From NCBI GenBank assembly GCA_963786805.1, contig CAWBAK010000001.1, positions 80,211 to 144,210 on the forward strand: DNA of 64,000 bases. Direction: 5' to 3'. Below are positions 58,971 to 64,000 of the stretch, piece by piece; position 1 is the stretch's first letter, and the number at the start of each line of letters is the position of its first letter. The position numbers and the translations under genes are program-made. The notes beneath the pieces are model-generated. The model was not told the origin of the DNA. It saw only the letters and a list, made by a program, of their open reading frames with translations, and ran no database searches. The stretch is from an uncultured Actinomycetes bacterium (GTDB lineage Bacteria > Actinomycetota > UBA4738 > HRBIN12).

Positions 58971-59141
58971 CTAGCCGCCCGCGGGGGGCGGCAGCTCCTG
59001 CCACTCGTCGTCGCCGAGATCCTTGCCCCGGCGCCGCTTGAAGATCGCGACGACCGCGCCAACGATCGCGGCGAAGAACGCCAGCCGCATGAGCTTGCCG
59101 AAGAAGCCTCGCTTCTTCGTCTCTTCAGTGTCCTCGGACAT
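58971..59141 (-). CDS. 56-aa single-TM protein downstream of tRNA-Ile (positional analogue of the DLW-39 family)
   Basis: SD GAGGAGG; MSEDTEETKKRGFFGKLMRLAFFAAIVGAVVAIFKRRRGKDLGDDEWQELPPPAGG. Confidence 0.7.
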   Translation of the reverse strand: MSEDTEETKKRGFFGKLMRLAFFAAIVGAVVAIFKRRRGKDLGDDEWQELPPPAGG

Positions 59142-59160
59142 CGATGCCCTCCTCTTCTCC

Positions 59161-59238
59161 TGGTGGGCCTGGTTGGACTTGAACCAACGACCTCATCCTT
59201 ATCAGGGATGCGCTCTAACCGAGCTGAGCTACAGGCCC
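59161..59238 (-). tRNA. tRNA-Ile(GAT)
   Basis: GGGCCTGTAGCTCAG...CTGATAA...GTTCAAGTCC...GGCCCACCA cloverleaf with encoded CCA. Confidence 0.97.
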
Positions 59239-59329
59239 GAGAACTCCGAGGAGGCCATCACCCGGCCCGTCGGCAAGCGTACGCGCGCCCTCGAAACGCT
59301 GTCAATCGAGGCAACGACCTGGGCAAACG

Positions 59330-59788
59330 CTAACGGCGCTCGGAGAGCGTGACCTCGATCCCACCGACGATGTCGGAGATCAGGTTGTAGAGGAACGCCA
59401 CGAACACGTTGATCAGCGTCCACAACACGACCATCGCGATCCCGATCGTCGTCGCGCGGGTGAAGAGCCAGTCGCCGTGGATCCGGAACGTCTCGTCGGA
59501 GAAGAGCTTCCCGACCAGCTTCTCGACGTTCTCGATGGCCCCGACCGCCCCGAGCACCGCGTACAAGATCACGAGCGCCCCGAGGATCACGACCATGATG
59601 CAGACGTAGAACAGGAGGGAGAACTTCAGGACGGACCAAGGCCCGACCTTGCGGATGATCACGCGGGCCTGACGGGACCTCGGCCTGCGGAACCGGCGGC
59701 GCTGCCCGGTCTCGTCGGTGGGCGCGCCACCGCCGACGCGTGCGGGCGTCTTCATCGCCACAGGGGTCGTCTCGGCGGGCTCGCTCAT
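59330..59788 (-). CDS. DUF3566 membrane protein
   Basis: R.ARV.IRKVGPWSVLK and FLYNLISDIVGGIEVTLSE motifs; canonical position after gyrA. Confidence 0.9.
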   Translation of the reverse strand: MSEPAETTPVAMKTPARVGGGAPTDETGQRRRFRRPRSRQARVIIRKVGPWSVLKFSLLFYVCIMVVILGALVILYAVLGAVGAIENVEKLVGKLFSDETFRIHGDWLFTRATTIGIAMVVLWTLINVFVAFLYNLISDIVGGIEVTLSERR

Positions 59789-59840
59789 GCGTTCCCGCCC
59801 TTTCTACGCGGCGGCGACGTCCGCGGCAACCATCGACCGG

Positions 59841-60101
59841 TCACCCCGAGCGCCCCGGGCGGCCGAAGACCAGCCGGCCGTGCAACGGGGTGAGCACCCC
59901 GAGCACGAACAGGGTGAGGGCCCAGTCCCCGGGGCCCGCTCGATCCTGGACGAGGAGGGCTCCGGCCCCGATGGCGGCCCCCGAGACCGCCAGCAGGGCC
60001 ACCCCCACCAGGCCCGGGAGCCGTCGCCATGTCACGAACGAGGTGAGGAGACCGAGGACGCTCCCCACGGCGATCAGGGTGACGCCGGCGCCGTCGTTCA
60101 C
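59841..60101 (-). CDS. Small three-TM hypothetical protein
   Basis: Three hydrophobic helices; fills the gap between gyrA and DUF3566. Confidence 0.6.
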   Translation of the reverse strand: MNDGAGVTLIAVGSVLGLLTSFVTWRRLPGLVGVALLAVSGAAIGAGALLVQDRAGPGDWALTLFVLGVLTPLHGRLVFGRPGRSG

Positions 60102-60121
60102 GGCCGGATCATCCGGCTCGC

Positions 60122-62572
60122 CTACTCCTCGACGACCTGCGCGAGGACGGGCGCGAGGGCGGCGACGTGCGCGCCTTCCTCCACGCGCATCGTCCGGACG
60201 CCCTGGCTGGCCCGGTGGACCCGGCGGATGTCGCCCGCCGCCACACGGATCACGATGCCCGAGGACGAGATCACGAACATGTCCTGGTCCTTCGAGCCGA
60301 CGAACGCACCCGCAAGGAGCCCGGTCTTGGTCGTCAGCGAGTGACCGATCACGCCTTTGCCGCCCCGGCCCTTGAGCGGATAGTCCTTGAGCGGCGTGCG
60401 CTTGCCGTATCCGTGCTGCGTGACGCTGATCATCTCCTCGCCCTCCGACGCGATCCCGAGCGCGATGACCTGGTCGTCCTCGGCGAGGCGCATCCCGATC
60501 ACGCCCGCCGTCTGCCGTCCCATCGGGCGGGCGAGGCTCTCGCGGAACCGGATCGTCTGACCCTTGCGCGAGACGAGGAAGACGTCGTCCTTGCCGTCGG
60601 TGAGCCGGACGTCGATCAGCTCGTCGCCGGGATGGAGGTTGATCGCCGCGAGCCCCGTGCGTGGGGAGTCGTACTCGGGTAGCGCGGTCTTCTTCACCAT
60701 CCCCTTCCGCGTCGCGAACAGCAGGTACCGGCCCTCGGAGTACTCCTTCAGGTCGATGACGGCCTGGACCTTCTCGTCCCCGCTGATCGAGACGCCGGGC
60801 AGGTTCGCTGCGTAGGTCCCCCGCGCCGTCCGGGACGCGTCGGGGACCTCGTGGACCTTGACGCGATAGACCTTGCCCCGGCTGGTGAAGAACAGGAGCC
60901 AGTGGTGCGTGGTCGTGGTGAAGACGTCCTTGACGACGTCCTCCTCCTTGAGGCTCGACCCACGGATGCCCTTGCCGCCGCGGCCCTGCCGGCGGAAGTT
61001 CTCGACGGGCTGCCGCTTCACGTACCCCGCGCGCGAGACGGTGATGACGACGTCTTCCTCCGCGATCAGGTCCTCCAGGTCGAGCTCGCCCTCGTCCGCC
61101 TTGATCTGGGTCCGGCGCGGGTCGGCGAACTTCTTCTTGATCTCGAGCATCTCCTCCTTGATGAGCGCCCGGATCTTCTTCGGGTCCTTCAGGAGCGCGT
61201 TCAGGCGCCTGATCGTGGCGAGGAGCTCCTTGTGCTCCTTCTCGAGTTCCTCGCGCGCCAGACGCGTCAGCCGGCGAAGCGGCATGTCGAGGATGTGGTT
61301 CGCCTGGATCTCGGAGAGCTTGAACTGCTTCATCAGCTTCCCGCGGGCTTCCTCGGCGTCCTGCGAGCCGCGGATGATCTTGATGACGGCGTCGAGGTTC
61401 TGCAGGGCGATGAGCAGGCCCTGGACGATGTGGTCGCGCTCCTCTGCCTTCTTCAGCTCGTAGCGCGTCCGCCGCGTGACGACGTCGATCTGATGGTCGA
61501 CGTAGTAACCGATGAGCTCAGCGAGGTTCAGCGTTCGCGGCACGCCGTCGACGAGCGCGAGCATGATCGCGCCGAAGCTGTCCTGGAGCTGCGTGTGCTT
61601 GTGCAGCTGGTTGAGGACCACCTGCGGGTTGGCGCCTCGCTTGAGCTCGATCACGAGGCGCATGCCCTCGCGGCCGCTCGAGTGGTCCTTGACGTCGACG
61701 ACGTCCTTCAACCGTCCCGCCTTGACGAGATCCGCGATCTTCTCGGCGAGCCGCGCCTTGTTGACCTGGTACGGCAGCTCCGTGATCACGATCCGCTGCC
61801 GTCCGTTGGGGGCCTCCTCGATCGTGCTCACCGCGCGAACCTTGATCGACCCACGGCCGGTCTCGTAGGCGTCCTTGATGCCGTCGCGCCCCATGATCAG
61901 GGCGCCGGTCGGGAAGTCCGGGCCCTTGATGAACTTCATGAGGTCCTTGGGCTTGGACTCGGGGTGATCGATGAAGTGCACGACGGCGTCGATCACCTCG
62001 CCGAGGTTGTGGGGCGGCATGTTCGTCGCCATCCCGACGGCGATGCCTCCGGAGCCGTTGACGAGGAGGTTCGGGAAGCGCGACGGCAGGACGACCGGCT
62101 GCACCTCGTAGCCGTCGTAGTTGGGGACGAAGTCCACCGTCTCGGCCTCGATGTCCCGCAGGAGCTCGAGCGCGATCGGGGCCAGGCGCGCCTCGGTGTA
62201 GCGCTGGGCGGCGGCCGGGTCGCCGTCGACCGAGCCGAAGTTCCCGTGTCCGTCGATCAGCGGCGCGCGCAGCGAGAAGTCCTGCGCCATCCGGACGAGG
62301 GTGTCGTAGATGGCGACGTCTCCGTGCGGGTGGTACTTGCTCATCACACCGCCGACGACGTTGGCGGACTTGCGGTACGGCCGGTCCGGCCGCAGGCCCT
62401 GCTCGAACATCGACCACAGGATCCGGCGATGGACGGGCTTCAGGCCGTCGCGAACGTCGGGCAGCGCTCGCCCGACGATGACGGACATCGCGTAGTCGAG
62501 GTACGAGGTCTGGATCTGGTCCTCGAGCTGGACGTCCTCGATCCGGCCTCCGAGGATGGATTCCTGTGCCAC
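60122..62572 (-). CDS. gyrA: DNA gyrase subunit A
   Basis: RALPDVRDGLKPVHRR, YHPHGD, AAAQRYTE catalytic Tyr, and GyrA box QGRGGKG. Confidence 0.97.
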   Translation of the reverse strand: MAQESILGGRIEDVQLEDQIQTSYLDYAMSVIVGRALPDVRDGLKPVHRRILWSMFEQGLRPDRPYRKSANVVGGVMSKYHPHGDVAIYDTLVRMAQDFSLRAPLIDGHGNFGSVDGDPAAAQRYTEARLAPIALELLRDIEAETVDFVPNYDGYEVQPVVLPSRFPNLLVNGSGGIAVGMATNMPPHNLGEVIDAVVHFIDHPESKPKDLMKFIKGPDFPTGALIMGRDGIKDAYETGRGSIKVRAVSTIEEAPNGRQRIVITELPYQVNKARLAEKIADLVKAGRLKDVVDVKDHSSGREGMRLVIELKRGANPQVVLNQLHKHTQLQDSFGAIMLALVDGVPRTLNLAELIGYYVDHQIDVVTRRTRYELKKAEERDHIVQGLLIALQNLDAVIKIIRGSQDAEEARGKLMKQFKLSEIQANHILDMPLRRLTRLAREELEKEHKELLATIRRLNALLKDPKKIRALIKEEMLEIKKKFADPRRTQIKADEGELDLEDLIAEEDVVITVSRAGYVKRQPVENFRRQGRGGKGIRGSSLKEEDVVKDVFTTTTHHWLLFFTSRGKVYRVKVHEVPDASRTARGTYAANLPGVSISGDEKVQAVIDLKEYSEGRYLLFATRKGMVKKTALPEYDSPRTGLAAINLHPGDELIDVRLTDGKDDVFLVSRKGQTIRFRESLARPMGRQTAGVIGMRLAEDDQVIALGIASEGEEMISVTQHGYGKRTPLKDYPLKGRGGKGVIGHSLTTKTGLLAGAFVGSKDQDMFVISSSGIVIRVAAGDIRRVHRASQGVRTMRVEEGAHVAALAPVLAQVVEE

Positions 62573-62606
62573 GCGTCTCCCCTTGTTCTTGGCCTGTTCT
62601 TTGGTC

Positions 62607-64000
<1,394 letters not shown>

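Overview
High-GC actinobacterial chromosome segment in the oriC-proximal synteny block, running from partial pknB (left edge) through crgA, tRNA-Ala, tRNA-Ile, DUF3566 and gyrA to partial gyrB (right edge). It carries thyX, a LigD polymerase domain, hisDCBHAFIG, aceA, a sir-cysH-siroheme operon, cydAB and various hydrolases. Scattered single-base frameshifts in housekeeping genes suggest uncorrected long-read indels. Highlights: (1) a mau-like (methylamine-dehydrogenase-accessory-like) operon at 53.2-56.7 kb. Its MauF-MauE fusion reads through an in-frame UGA followed by a SECIS-like hairpin (candidate selenoprotein), and its Tat-exported light-chain homologue has only one Trp, with no mauB or mauG nearby. 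(2) A tandem stack of integrase-less segments at tRNA-Ala, delimited by three partial copies of the tRNA 3' end, plus an IS481 inserted in that 3' end with a 15-bp target duplication. (3) Three unannotated leader peptides (His-rich before hisD, Phe-rich before aceA, Cys-containing before sir) with alternative hairpins. (4) A small Pro/Glu peptide coupled to a Cys/His-rich protein. All family assignments come from motif recognition by eye; no database searches were run.
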